The notes beneath the pieces are model-generated. The model was not told where the DNA came from. It saw nothing but the letters and a program-made list of their open reading frames with translations, and did no database searches. From positions 1 through 37,924 of IMG/VR virus record IMGVR_UViG_3300016467_000307: DNA of 37,924 bases; one strand, given 5' to 3'. Position 1 is the stretch's first letter. The number at the start of each line of letters is the position of its first letter. The position numbers and the translations under genes were made by a program. Below, piece after piece: positions 18,286 to 25,640 of the stretch. The DNA is from a virus (Duplodnaviria; Caudoviricetes).

Positions 18286-18704
18286 TGGCTACTTGGACTA
18301 CTGGAAAACTACTCACCACTAAATTTGAAGTTCTACCTGCTGGAGAATACCCGGCTGTTATTAAGTCAGTTACTAATGGAGTTCAACCCACTGGCAAGCT
18401 TGCTGGATCTGAGAAGGTCACACTTGAAGTGGTAATTGATAACCGAATCACGATACGAGATAACATCATCATTGCACCTAGTCTGGCATGGAAGCTCGAT
18501 CAGATTTCTCACTCGATTGGGAATAAGGAAGGTGATGATTGCGAGTTTGACGATTCGTTGGTTGGTGTTCGTTTGCGCGTAAAGCTCTCAGTCAATGAAG
18601 TTCCTAAGAAGGATGGATCTGGAGTCATGCGTGTTAATCGGATCGAGCGATATGTTGCAGCTACTAAGGCTGATGTTGCTAACGACGACGACGTAAACTT
18701 CTAA
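18285..18704 (+). CDS. Single-stranded DNA-binding protein (DUF669-like)
   Basis: FEVLPAGEYPAVI N-terminus; acidic tail DDDVNF. Confidence 0.75.
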   Translation: MATWTTGKLLTTKFEVLPAGEYPAVIKSVTNGVQPTGKLAGSEKVTLEVVIDNRITIRDNIIIAPSLAWKLDQISHSIGNKEGDDCEFDDSLVGVRLRVKLSVNEVPKKDGSGVMRVNRIERYVAATKADVANDDDVNF

Positions 18705-18802
18705 CTAATTTGGGATTGAGGCGCTGGTTTTTCTTTATTTGTACCAGTGGTCATTTCATCACCCCAGACCCGTAACCTCATAAAAGCGTGGTCACCATTT
18801 CA

Positions 18803-19255
18803 ATGAAAACAATTATAGCAGTTGATCCAGGTGTTTCTGGAGGTTTGGCAATCAAGCAGGACGATTTGATAGAGCTACACTCAATGCCAGAAACACTCTC
18901 AGAGATGCACAGGATCTTGGCTGATAACCGGACTAAGGACTCAGAGATTTACATTGAGGATATCCCTAAGTTCACAGGCAAGAACATCCCAAGCTCAACC
19001 ACGGCGGTTCTATTTCAGTCAATGGGTCGTTTAGAAGGTATCGCAATCGCTCTAGGATACTCATTACACCGCATTCCACCTAAGATGTGGCAAGAACCCC
19101 TTGGACTAGGAAAAGCTAAGGATTGCGCCAATAGCAGCGAATGGAAACGTAAACTAAAAAACAAAGCTCAAGAATTATACCCCACATTAGAACCTACACT
19201 TAAAACAGCAGATGCACTCTTAATTCTACACTTCGCAACCAAAGGACTACGATGA
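18803..19255 (+). CDS. RuvC-like Holliday junction resolvase
   Basis: IIAVDPGVSGG, YIEDI, PKMWQ, TADALLI. Confidence 0.85.
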   Translation: MKTIIAVDPGVSGGLAIKQDDLIELHSMPETLSEMHRILADNRTKDSEIYIEDIPKFTGKNIPSSTTAVLFQSMGRLEGIAIALGYSLHRIPPKMWQEPLGLGKAKDCANSSEWKRKLKNKAQELYPTLEPTLKTADALLILHFATKGLR

Positions 19256-19401
19256 AAAATAAGAAACTGTGTGTGGTCGTTGTTGACCCATATTTGCACC
19301 AAAAGATCAAGAAACTAGCTAGTCTCAAAGGTCAAAAACTTCAATGGATTGCCAATGACGCACTGCACAAATACTTGATGAAACATGACACTGACTCCTG
19401 A
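19252..19401 (+). CDS. Second ribbon-helix-helix-like protein (49 aa)
   Basis: Hand-translated MKNKKLCVVVVDPYLHQKIKKLASLKGQKLQWIANDALHKYL...; ATGA-coupled. Confidence 0.6.
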   Translation: MKNKKLCVVVVDPYLHQKIKKLASLKGQKLQWIANDALHKYLMKHDTDS

Positions 19402-19585
19402 AACTGACTTCTGCCCAGAGCTTATCTACGAGAATGGCAAGAGCTATGTACCTGCTGAGCTATGTAGGAAGTTTGAGCTAGAGATTACAACACTGAAGAA
19501 ACAGTTGGAAAATGAGCGATCCAAGAACATACGAGATAGACAGACTACGGGACGAACTGGCCAGAATACGTCGCTGCTTGGCTGA
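19385..19585 (+). CDS. Hypothetical protein, TP[ER]TD family
   Basis: MTLTPETD...VPAELCRKFELE, followed by a coil. Confidence 0.55.
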   Translation: MTLTPETDFCPELIYENGKSYVPAELCRKFELEITTLKKQLENERSKNIRDRQTTGRTGQNTSLLG

Positions 19586-19691
19586 TTATCGTGATTGCTG
19601 CGCTATATTCGCGTATGCGTGGCTTGATGATAACGCTGAACAAAGCAAGATAGCTTACGACAAGTATCGCAAACTAGAGAAACTAGACTGA
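19512..19691 (+). CDS. Hypothetical protein (59 aa)
   Basis: Hand-translated MSDPRTYEIDRLRDELARIRRCL...; fills the gap to the next gene. Confidence 0.5.
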   Translation: MSDPRTYEIDRLRDELARIRRCLADYRDCCAIFAYAWLDDNAEQSKIAYDKYRKLEKLD

Positions 19692-19692
19692 T

Positions 19693-19902
19693 ATGGCCCC
19701 AATCGTTACCGGAAAATACACAGCTAACACAAACGGAAAAGAAGTAGAGGTTATAGGAAACGTTGAGCTTAGGTTGCTAGAGATGCCTGGAGTTCAAGGG
19801 GTCCTATACAAACGAAACGAGAAATTATACGTCAGAAAACAACAAGAGTTCCTAACCAAATTCAAATTCAAATATGAAACAAGTACAGATACCGCAGCTT
19901 GA
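19693..19902 (+). CDS. Hypothetical protein (DUF1653/SH3-like)
   Basis: VLYKRNEKLYVRKQQEFLTKF. Confidence 0.5.
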   Translation: MAPIVTGKYTANTNGKEVEVIGNVELRLLEMPGVQGVLYKRNEKLYVRKQQEFLTKFKFKYETSTDTAA

Positions 19903-20101
19903 CCATTGCCCACCTGGATTCGGAAACACTGTAGGTTCACAAGATGAGTGGAATAACGCCTACAAGAACTGGCTGAAGAAACGTGGGTTCCATGAGGAAC
20001 TTAGGCTTATGGAGATTGCGTCTAAACGTGGGCTTAATGGAAGGTATTCTAAGCTCAAGAAACGTCAGGAAGAAGAGTTCACAGACAGCGAAAGGGACTG
20101 A
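19874..20101 (+). CDS. Hypothetical protein
   Basis: ORF packed in the operon. Confidence 0.5.
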   Translation: MKQVQIPQLDHCPPGFGNTVGSQDEWNNAYKNWLKKRGFHEELRLMEIASKRGLNGRYSKLKKRQEEEFTDSERD

Positions 20102-20320
20102 GTGAAAAGACCGTGGAATCACAAGACGTTGCTCAAAATGGGAGATCCAAGACCCAACACCACTGAGTACGTTCAAGATGGAAAGTTCTTCTACTGCTAC
20201 AACAGATGTAACGGATACTTACGTGAGCAATGGGTAACAGCAGAGAGACTTGAAGAGATCAGAGACTACGCAAGGAAGAAACAGGCACAGTACAAGAAGT
20301 TGAGAAAGGTTATCAAATGA
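20102..20320 (+). CDS. Hypothetical protein, GDxRxDG-type domain
   Basis: GDPR...DGKFFYCY...EQWVTAERL. Confidence 0.55.
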   Translation: MKRPWNHKTLLKMGDPRPNTTEYVQDGKFFYCYNRCNGYLREQWVTAERLEEIRDYARKKQAQYKKLRKVIK

Positions 20321-20580
20321 CACTAACTTACGGAGATACCAGAGCGGATGGATTCAGGTTCATTCGTTATTATAAGCGGAATAACAAGATCTACCAGGAG
20401 TGGGCTAGTCCAGAAAGGTTTACTAACGCTCCAAGGTACAAGGAAGATCCAGACAAGCGTATACGTGATGAGATTAGAGGCTCAATGTTCTTTGGATCTA
20501 AGGCTAACGACGCATTGCTGGCTCAGGCTAAAGAACTAGTACGCTCAGCGATTAAACGTGGTCTTATTTCCTACCAATAA
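20317..20580 (+). CDS. Hypothetical protein, GDxRxDG-type domain
   Basis: YGDTRADGFRFIRY...QEWASPERF. Confidence 0.6.
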   Translation: MTLTYGDTRADGFRFIRYYKRNNKIYQEWASPERFTNAPRYKEDPDKRIRDEIRGSMFFGSKANDALLAQAKELVRSAIKRGLISYQ

Positions 20581-20581
20581 C

Positions 20582-20845
20582 ATGAGTCACATAGACATTG
20601 CCATAGAGATAGCACTTAACCCGGAGAACAGTCTTGGACGCAGTAAGAAGCTGTCTGAGCTGAAACCATACTTGAAGATCAATGAACATCCCGAAAAAGG
20701 ACTGTTACGCATTCTAGCAGAAGAGATTATTAACCTTAGAAACCCTTATAACATTCAACCTATTAAAACAGATGAAGATTCTAGCATTAACGATATTGAT
20801 ATTAACATCCGCAAACGCGGTCGCCCTCGAAAACTCAACAGTTAA
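20582..20845 (+). CDS. Hypothetical protein with C-terminal AT-hook-like motif
   Basis: ATG 20582; ends RKRGRPRKLNS. Confidence 0.5.
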   Translation: MSHIDIAIEIALNPENSLGRSKKLSELKPYLKINEHPEKGLLRILAEEIINLRNPYNIQPIKTDEDSSINDIDINIRKRGRPRKLNS

Positions 20846-21119
20846 GATCATCTCAAACGCGATATACCTAGCTGAAGGTGGAGACAAGACACGTCATCCA
20901 TACGGTGTGGAATCAGTAAAGGTTAAGAACAAGGAAGAAGCTAGGCGCGTGTGTGAGAACACCATCAGAAACAACTACAAACGTTGGCTGCTCAAGGGAA
21001 GTCCCGGTAAATTCTTGGATTTCCTAGGCGATAGATACTGCCCACCAAAAGGCTTATTCGGAACTAACAACAAGAATTGGAAACGTAACGTTAGAAAACT
21101 CAGCGGATTAGACATATGA
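20772..21119 (+). CDS. Secreted lysozyme/transglycosylase-like protein
   Basis: Signal peptide MKILALTILILTSANA; AIYLAEGG (helix-end Glu), PYGV, RYCP...NWKRNV. Confidence 0.55.
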   Translation: MKILALTILILTSANAVALENSTVKIISNAIYLAEGGDKTRHPYGVESVKVKNKEEARRVCENTIRNNYKRWLLKGSPGKFLDFLGDRYCPPKGLFGTNNKNWKRNVRKLSGLDI

Positions 21120-21553
21120 CATACGAATACGAAAATGTAAGAGACTTCATGCTCTCGTTTGGTCAGCAGTTCCCAGATGAAGTTAAGATGGTAGATTACA
21201 AGACTCAGGTGTTTCGTTATAGCCTTATAGAAGAAGAGTCTTTGGAGCTATATAAAGCCTGTAACATAGTAGAATACACAGATGCTATTGTAGACTTGTT
21301 GTATGTTACGTTAGGTGCGGCTGTGGCTGCTGGTATTGGCCCCGCAAAACTTCAAAGAGCTTGGGATGAGGTTCATAGCTCTAATATGACTAAGTTCTGG
21401 ACTGATGATGAGGTTAAGCACGCGTTGAAAACATACACCGTTACCAAGGTTAGCGATAACAGGCACATAGTCAGAGATGCTAAAGGTAAAGTTATCAAAT
21501 CACCTAGCTATCGTAAGGCCAACCTGGAGTTTCTTAGAAAGGAGCAAGCATGA
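21116..21553 (+). CDS. MazG-like / PRA-PH all-alpha NTP pyrophosphatase
   Basis: LIEEESLEL, DAIVDLLYV, EVHSSNMTK, GKVIKSPSY. Confidence 0.85.
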   Translation: MTYEYENVRDFMLSFGQQFPDEVKMVDYKTQVFRYSLIEEESLELYKACNIVEYTDAIVDLLYVTLGAAVAAGIGPAKLQRAWDEVHSSNMTKFWTDDEVKHALKTYTVTKVSDNRHIVRDAKGKVIKSPSYRKANLEFLRKEQA

Positions 21554-21906
21554 CCACACCCACAGAAACACTGATCAAGGCGCTACGAATCCTAGCCAGT
21601 GACATTCAGTCCGAGGACGGTGTAGCCAACACTGCAATATTAGAAGCTGCTCAGAGGATGGAGGAAGATCAGGAAGTCATATTCCAAGCTGGAGAATCTA
21701 TCAAAATACTAAGGCAAACTGTAAAGCATCGGAATGAGACTATTGATGCATTGAAGCAGCGAATCAAACGGCTGGAGGATCGCATCAAGCGCTTGGAGGA
21801 TGCTGGTGATGAGCTGCTTTTCTGGATTCCTGCTGAATGGGTTTCTGATTCAAACCACAGGCTGCTATCAAACTCATGGAACAAAGCCAAGGAGGCCAAG
21901 CCATGA
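21550..21906 (+). CDS. Coiled-coil hypothetical protein
   Basis: TPTETLIKALRILASDIQSEDG; RIKRLED duplicated; WNKAKEAKP. Confidence 0.6.
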   Translation: MTTPTETLIKALRILASDIQSEDGVANTAILEAAQRMEEDQEVIFQAGESIKILRQTVKHRNETIDALKQRIKRLEDRIKRLEDAGDELLFWIPAEWVSDSNHRLLSNSWNKAKEAKP

Positions 21907-22118
21907 GCGAACAAGTTACACCAATCGAGTGGGTTCGCGTGGATTACATCTGTGACAAATGCAAAACCGGAGTCATGGTTCCAACTCAATATGTTATTTG
22001 CACCAATCCTCCACGGTATCCACACGTTTGCAACCAATGCAAAGCAGAGCAGGTTTTTGATGTCATGTATCCACACAACAGAGAAGTGTTTATTGAATCT
22101 AAGGAGTATAAAATATGA
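21903..22118 (+). CDS. Zinc-ribbon protein
   Basis: CDKC...TNPPRYPHVCNQC. Confidence 0.65.
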   Translation: MSEQVTPIEWVRVDYICDKCKTGVMVPTQYVICTNPPRYPHVCNQCKAEQVFDVMYPHNREVFIESKEYKI

Positions 22119-22267
22119 CAAACATCAACAAATTATCACTTATAATAGGAATACTAATTACAATTACTGGTGGCATTCTAATTGATACTACAGGACTGCT
22201 GTTAACAGGATGTTTGTTAATTGCGATTGGAGTTATGCTTTCTGCGTTCTTATCACTAATACCATGA
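22115..22267 (+). CDS. Small two-TM membrane protein (50 aa)
   Basis: Hand-translated MTNINKLSLIIGILITITGGILIDTTGLLLTGCLLIAIGVMLSAFLSLIP; ATGA-coupled on both sides. Confidence 0.65.
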   Translation: MTNINKLSLIIGILITITGGILIDTTGLLLTGCLLIAIGVMLSAFLSLIP

Positions 22268-22488
22268 TCCACAACTTCAGCCACGACCGAGTGCTGTTCA
22301 TTTACACCAGAAACAAACAAGTAAAGGTCTTGAACGCATACGATGCAGCCATATTTGACATCAGTTACGATCGTCCTAACTGGAAACACACTGCCACGTT
22401 GGATGCTGTTGACTTCCTTAAGTCGCTAATCGCACTGAACAAGAAAGGTCAGCGCAAGATGCTGGATGAGCTATTGGAGGATGAATGA
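22264..22488 (+). CDS. Hypothetical protein
   Basis: ATGA-coupled start at 22264; WKHTATLD motif. Confidence 0.55.
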   Translation: MIHNFSHDRVLFIYTRNKQVKVLNAYDAAIFDISYDRPNWKHTATLDAVDFLKSLIALNKKGQRKMLDELLEDE

Positions 22489-22685
22489 AACTGTACAAGC
22501 ATAGGAAGATTCCTACATTTGGAAGTGGATTCTTTATAATTAAACCAGATGGAACATTGCTGTGGGATAACAAGCCGGTTGCAATAGTTAAAGAACTGAA
22601 CCGACTGCAAAGACGCATAAAACAACTAGAGACGCAGGTGGATGAGATGATGGCGGACAACTGCTACAAGGAAACGCATGAGTGA
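22485..22685 (+). CDS. Hypothetical protein
   Basis: Coupled ORF with a C-terminal coil. Confidence 0.55.
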   Translation: MKLYKHRKIPTFGSGFFIIKPDGTLLWDNKPVAIVKELNRLQRRIKQLETQVDEMMADNCYKETHE

Positions 22686-22911
22686 TACACCTAGAACAGA
22701 TGCAGCTTATTTTAAGAAGTACGCAACAATGTATAATATGGCTGGAGAGATGAAGAAGTTGGAACGTGAGTTACATGCAGCAAATCAACACATTAAACGG
22801 TTAGAGGAAGAACTCAGTGATGCTTATTCAGAGATAAGGACGCATGACTCAACAGTGCGCAAAGTGTTTAACTACGTAGTTATTCAACGAGCAAAAGAAG
22901 CTAAGTTATGA
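22678..22911 (+). CDS. TPRTD-family coiled-coil protein
   Basis: MSDTPRTDA...LERELHAANQHIKRLEE. Confidence 0.6.
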   Translation: MSDTPRTDAAYFKKYATMYNMAGEMKKLERELHAANQHIKRLEEELSDAYSEIRTHDSTVRKVFNYVVIQRAKEAKL

Positions 22912-23165
22912 CTGACACACCTAGAACAGATGCCGAGGAATACTATCCACATGACTCAAAATACAAAGTATGCGATTCAACATTTTGCCGCGAACTCGAA
23001 CTAGAACTCAACTCGGCAAATCAACAAATCGAAGAACTCAAGCGCGCTGGAAACGAACTGGCTGCATGGGTGGAATCAATATACAAAATGAATCATTTTC
23101 TCAGCATAGAACAGTATAAGCAAATCAAGCGTGACTTAAAAGACTGGGAGAAAGCGAATCAATGA
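22908..23165 (+). CDS. TPRTD-family coiled-coil protein
   Basis: MTDTPRTDA...FCRELELELNSANQQIEEL. Confidence 0.6.
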   Translation: MTDTPRTDAEEYYPHDSKYKVCDSTFCRELELELNSANQQIEELKRAGNELAAWVESIYKMNHFLSIEQYKQIKRDLKDWEKANQ

Positions 23166-23803
23166 ACGCAAGAATAGTCGCGGTGACAAAACCGTTGATT
23201 GAAGGCTTAAACGCTGAACAGTTCATCGTCTATGCAGCGCGAGTCAGCAATCCATCGAACCAGTTGAACACAGAGACCGCACCTAAGCTGCTCAAGTACT
23301 GCATCAAACATGGTCACTGGTCGATCTTTGAACAAAGCAGTATGACGGTTGAGATTCAAACCAGCAGAGCAATATCAGCGCAAATACTCAGACACCGCAG
23401 CTTCTGCTTCCAAGAATTCTCTCAAAGATATGCACAGACCACGGGCTACGAGTACATTGAGTTAAGAACTCAGGATTCGAAGAATCGTCAGGCTAGCGGC
23501 AACGTAATAAATGATAAAGAACTCAACGAAAAACTCAGCGATCTGTTACTTCATGCAGATGACCTATATCACAAAATGATTGCTGAAGGTGTATCCCGTG
23601 AGACTGCTAGGATGATCTTGCCTCTATGCACTACGACTAAGTTGTATATGACTGGAAGTGTTAGAAGCTGGATACATTACTTCACTCAAAGATGCGATGA
23701 AGGCACTCAAAAAGAACACAGGTTACTGGCTATTGCGATAAGAGACAAATGCTTCAAAGAACACTTCCCCATAATACATGAGTTGATTACTCAGCCACAG
23801 TAG
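23162..23803 (+). CDS. thyX: FAD-dependent thymidylate synthase
   Basis: HWSIFE, RHRSFCFQEFSQRY signature, ETARMILP, TQKEHR. Confidence 0.95.
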   Translation: MNARIVAVTKPLIEGLNAEQFIVYAARVSNPSNQLNTETAPKLLKYCIKHGHWSIFEQSSMTVEIQTSRAISAQILRHRSFCFQEFSQRYAQTTGYEYIELRTQDSKNRQASGNVINDKELNEKLSDLLLHADDLYHKMIAEGVSRETARMILPLCTTTKLYMTGSVRSWIHYFTQRCDEGTQKEHRLLAIAIRDKCFKEHFPIIHELITQPQ

Positions 23804-23820
23804 AGCAAGAATGCCCAAAA

Positions 23821-24591
23821 ATGAGCCTACCAGAGCCTAGGAAGCCTTCAGACCGTTTACCTGTTCAGTTACAAGGAAAGCATAACATTCTAATCCTGTC
23901 AGACATCCATATCCCTTATCATTCAAAGACTGCTGTTGAGTTAGCTGTGGCTGAAGGTAAGAGACGCAAAACTGACATTGTTATTCTTAACGGAGACTTC
24001 TCAGACAACTACTCGGTATCGGCTCATGAGACTAATCCAACCAAGCGAGACATTGTTTCTGACCTAGCAGACGTTACAGAAGGGCTTAAATGGCTTCAGA
24101 ATGAGTTCCCTAAGGCAAGATTGATATACAAGGCTGGCAACCATGAACTCTGGTGGGATAGATACCTGTACAAGAATGCACCTTTGATTTGCGGTTTACC
24201 GACTACGACTTGGCAAGCTCAGATTGATCCTGAGAAGAGTAGATGGGAGCACGTAGACAGTCTTACAGCCATTAAGATCAATACACTCCTCCTTCTTCAC
24301 GGGCATGAATACAAATTTGCCATCTCCAATCCTGTAAACGCTGCCAGGGGTTTGTTCCTTAGAACCAAGGTAACTAGTATGTGTGGTCATTTCCATCAAA
24401 GGTCTGAGCATTCTGAAAAGGACGGTAACGGTAAATTGATTACAACTTGGTCAACAGGATGTCTTTGTGATCTACAGCCAGATTACGCTTCCAGGAACAA
24501 CTGGTCTCATGGTTTTGCCTTTGTTGAGTCAGATAAGTCAGATTTCAACGTACATAATCTAAGGATAATCAATGGAAAAGTCTGTTCGTGA
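23821..24591 (+). CDS. Calcineurin-like metallophosphoesterase
   Basis: SDIH, NGDFSD, GNHE, HGHE, GHFH motifs. Confidence 0.9.
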   Translation: MSLPEPRKPSDRLPVQLQGKHNILILSDIHIPYHSKTAVELAVAEGKRRKTDIVILNGDFSDNYSVSAHETNPTKRDIVSDLADVTEGLKWLQNEFPKARLIYKAGNHELWWDRYLYKNAPLICGLPTTTWQAQIDPEKSRWEHVDSLTAIKINTLLLLHGHEYKFAISNPVNAARGLFLRTKVTSMCGHFHQRSEHSEKDGNGKLITTWSTGCLCDLQPDYASRNNWSHGFAFVESDKSDFNVHNLRIINGKVCS

Positions 24592-24841
24592 TAAGTGGTC
24601 TGATATGTTTAAGCGTCAGAAGAACGCACCAGAAGGCTGGCTAAAGCGTCAGGAATGGATTGCCTACCTCAACATAGGTGACTCAACGTTTGACGACCGT
24701 ATGAAGCTTCTAAGGAAAGATAATAGGGTTAAAGAAGATACGTTTGTAGACGAGAAAGGTTTTAGGCGTAAGTACATATGGATAAACGAAATTAGCCCAT
24801 TACTAAAAAAGAAGTTGCCTAAGAGTAGAAGTAATACATAA
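24572..24841 (+). CDS. Small winged-HTH-like protein
   Basis: PEGWLKRQEWIAYLNIGDSTF pattern; follows the phosphoesterase. Confidence 0.45.
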   Translation: MEKSVRDKWSDMFKRQKNAPEGWLKRQEWIAYLNIGDSTFDDRMKLLRKDNRVKEDTFVDEKGFRRKYIWINEISPLLKKKLPKSRSNT

Positions 24842-24850
24842 ATACATCCG

Positions 24851-24980
24851 TTGACGTTAGGCCTAGGAACCGAGCGTTAATGCTGTAGAAGGGATCACGA
24901 CAATCTTTACGCCCACGTATTCTAGTTTCCGCTGCACCTTCCAGTGGTTTCCTAGCTAGGATATAGTGGGCTTATTTATT
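24851..24980 (+). ncRNA. Putative structured RNA leader/attenuator upstream of the initiator
   Basis: Two hairpins with complementary unpaired segments (CTAGGAA 24863-69 / TTCCTAG 24949-55), followed by a T-rich tract. Confidence 0.5.
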
Positions 24981-24988
24981 TACGATAT

Positions 24989-25639
24989 ATGAGTAGTGGT
25001 TGGTTCAAAGCAGCTAGGTCTACTGAAGCTATTGAGTTAATAGCTAAAAACAACGATGCCTTTATATTGGCATACATAATAGCTTATAGAGCTAGGTACA
25101 ACGACGAATTCAACAGGCACGACCTTAATCTTGGAGAGGCTTTGCTTGGGGATTATCGGCAATATGGAATGACTGAGAAGCGTTACCGTGTCGCTAAGAT
25201 GCTCTTGGAAAAACACAAATTTGCGGCGTTCAAAGGGACGAACAGGGGAACAGTGGCAAGTCTTTGTGATTCAAGGCTTTTCGTAATCTTAGGCGAACAA
25301 CAGGGCGAACAACAGGACATACCAAGGGCGAACCAAGGGCGAACCAAGGGCGACTATCAAGAAATAGAAGAAGAAAAGAAGGATAAGATTAGGTTCAAAA
25401 AGCCAAGCCTTAGTGAGGTCAAAACTGAGTTTGCTTCAAGAGGTTTGCATGGAGACATAGCTGATAGGTTTATTAGTTATTACGAATCTAATGGATGGAT
25501 GATTGGGCGTAACAAAATGAAAAGCTGGACTCACGCTGTTAATACATGGGTTAAGAATAATAATAAGTCATATCAGCAAGAACTTCCTAATCCACTAACT
25601 CATCAAACTAATAACGATATACTGAAAGGATCTTTGTAA
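24989..25639 (+). CDS. Replication initiator (lambda O-like)
   Basis: SGWFK N-terminal wHTH-like region, central iterons, C-terminal FKKPS...FISYYESNGW...MKSW; upstream of dnaB. Confidence 0.8.
   Translation: MSSGWFKAARSTEAIELIAKNNDAFILAYIIAYRARYNDEFNRHDLNLGEALLGDYRQYGMTEKRYRVAKMLLEKHKFAAFKGTNRGTVASLCDSRLFVILGEQQGEQQDIPRANQGRTKGDYQEIEEEKKDKIRFKKPSLSEVKTEFASRGLHGDIADRFISYYESNGWMIGRNKMKSWTHAVNTWVKNNNKSYQQELPNPLTHQTNNDILKGSL
25235..25354 (+). repeat. Iteron-like repeats (probable origin)
   Basis: A(G)GGCGA(A)C at about 25291, 25302, 25325, 25336, 25347, plus a variant at 25235; A-rich tract follows. Confidence 0.75.
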
Positions 25640-25640
25640 T

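Noticed and set aside
21952-22263. ORF-track calls 21952-22185 and the 5' extension from 22210
   Set aside because: Better explained by the ATGA-coupled chain 21903-22118, 22115-22267, 22264-22488
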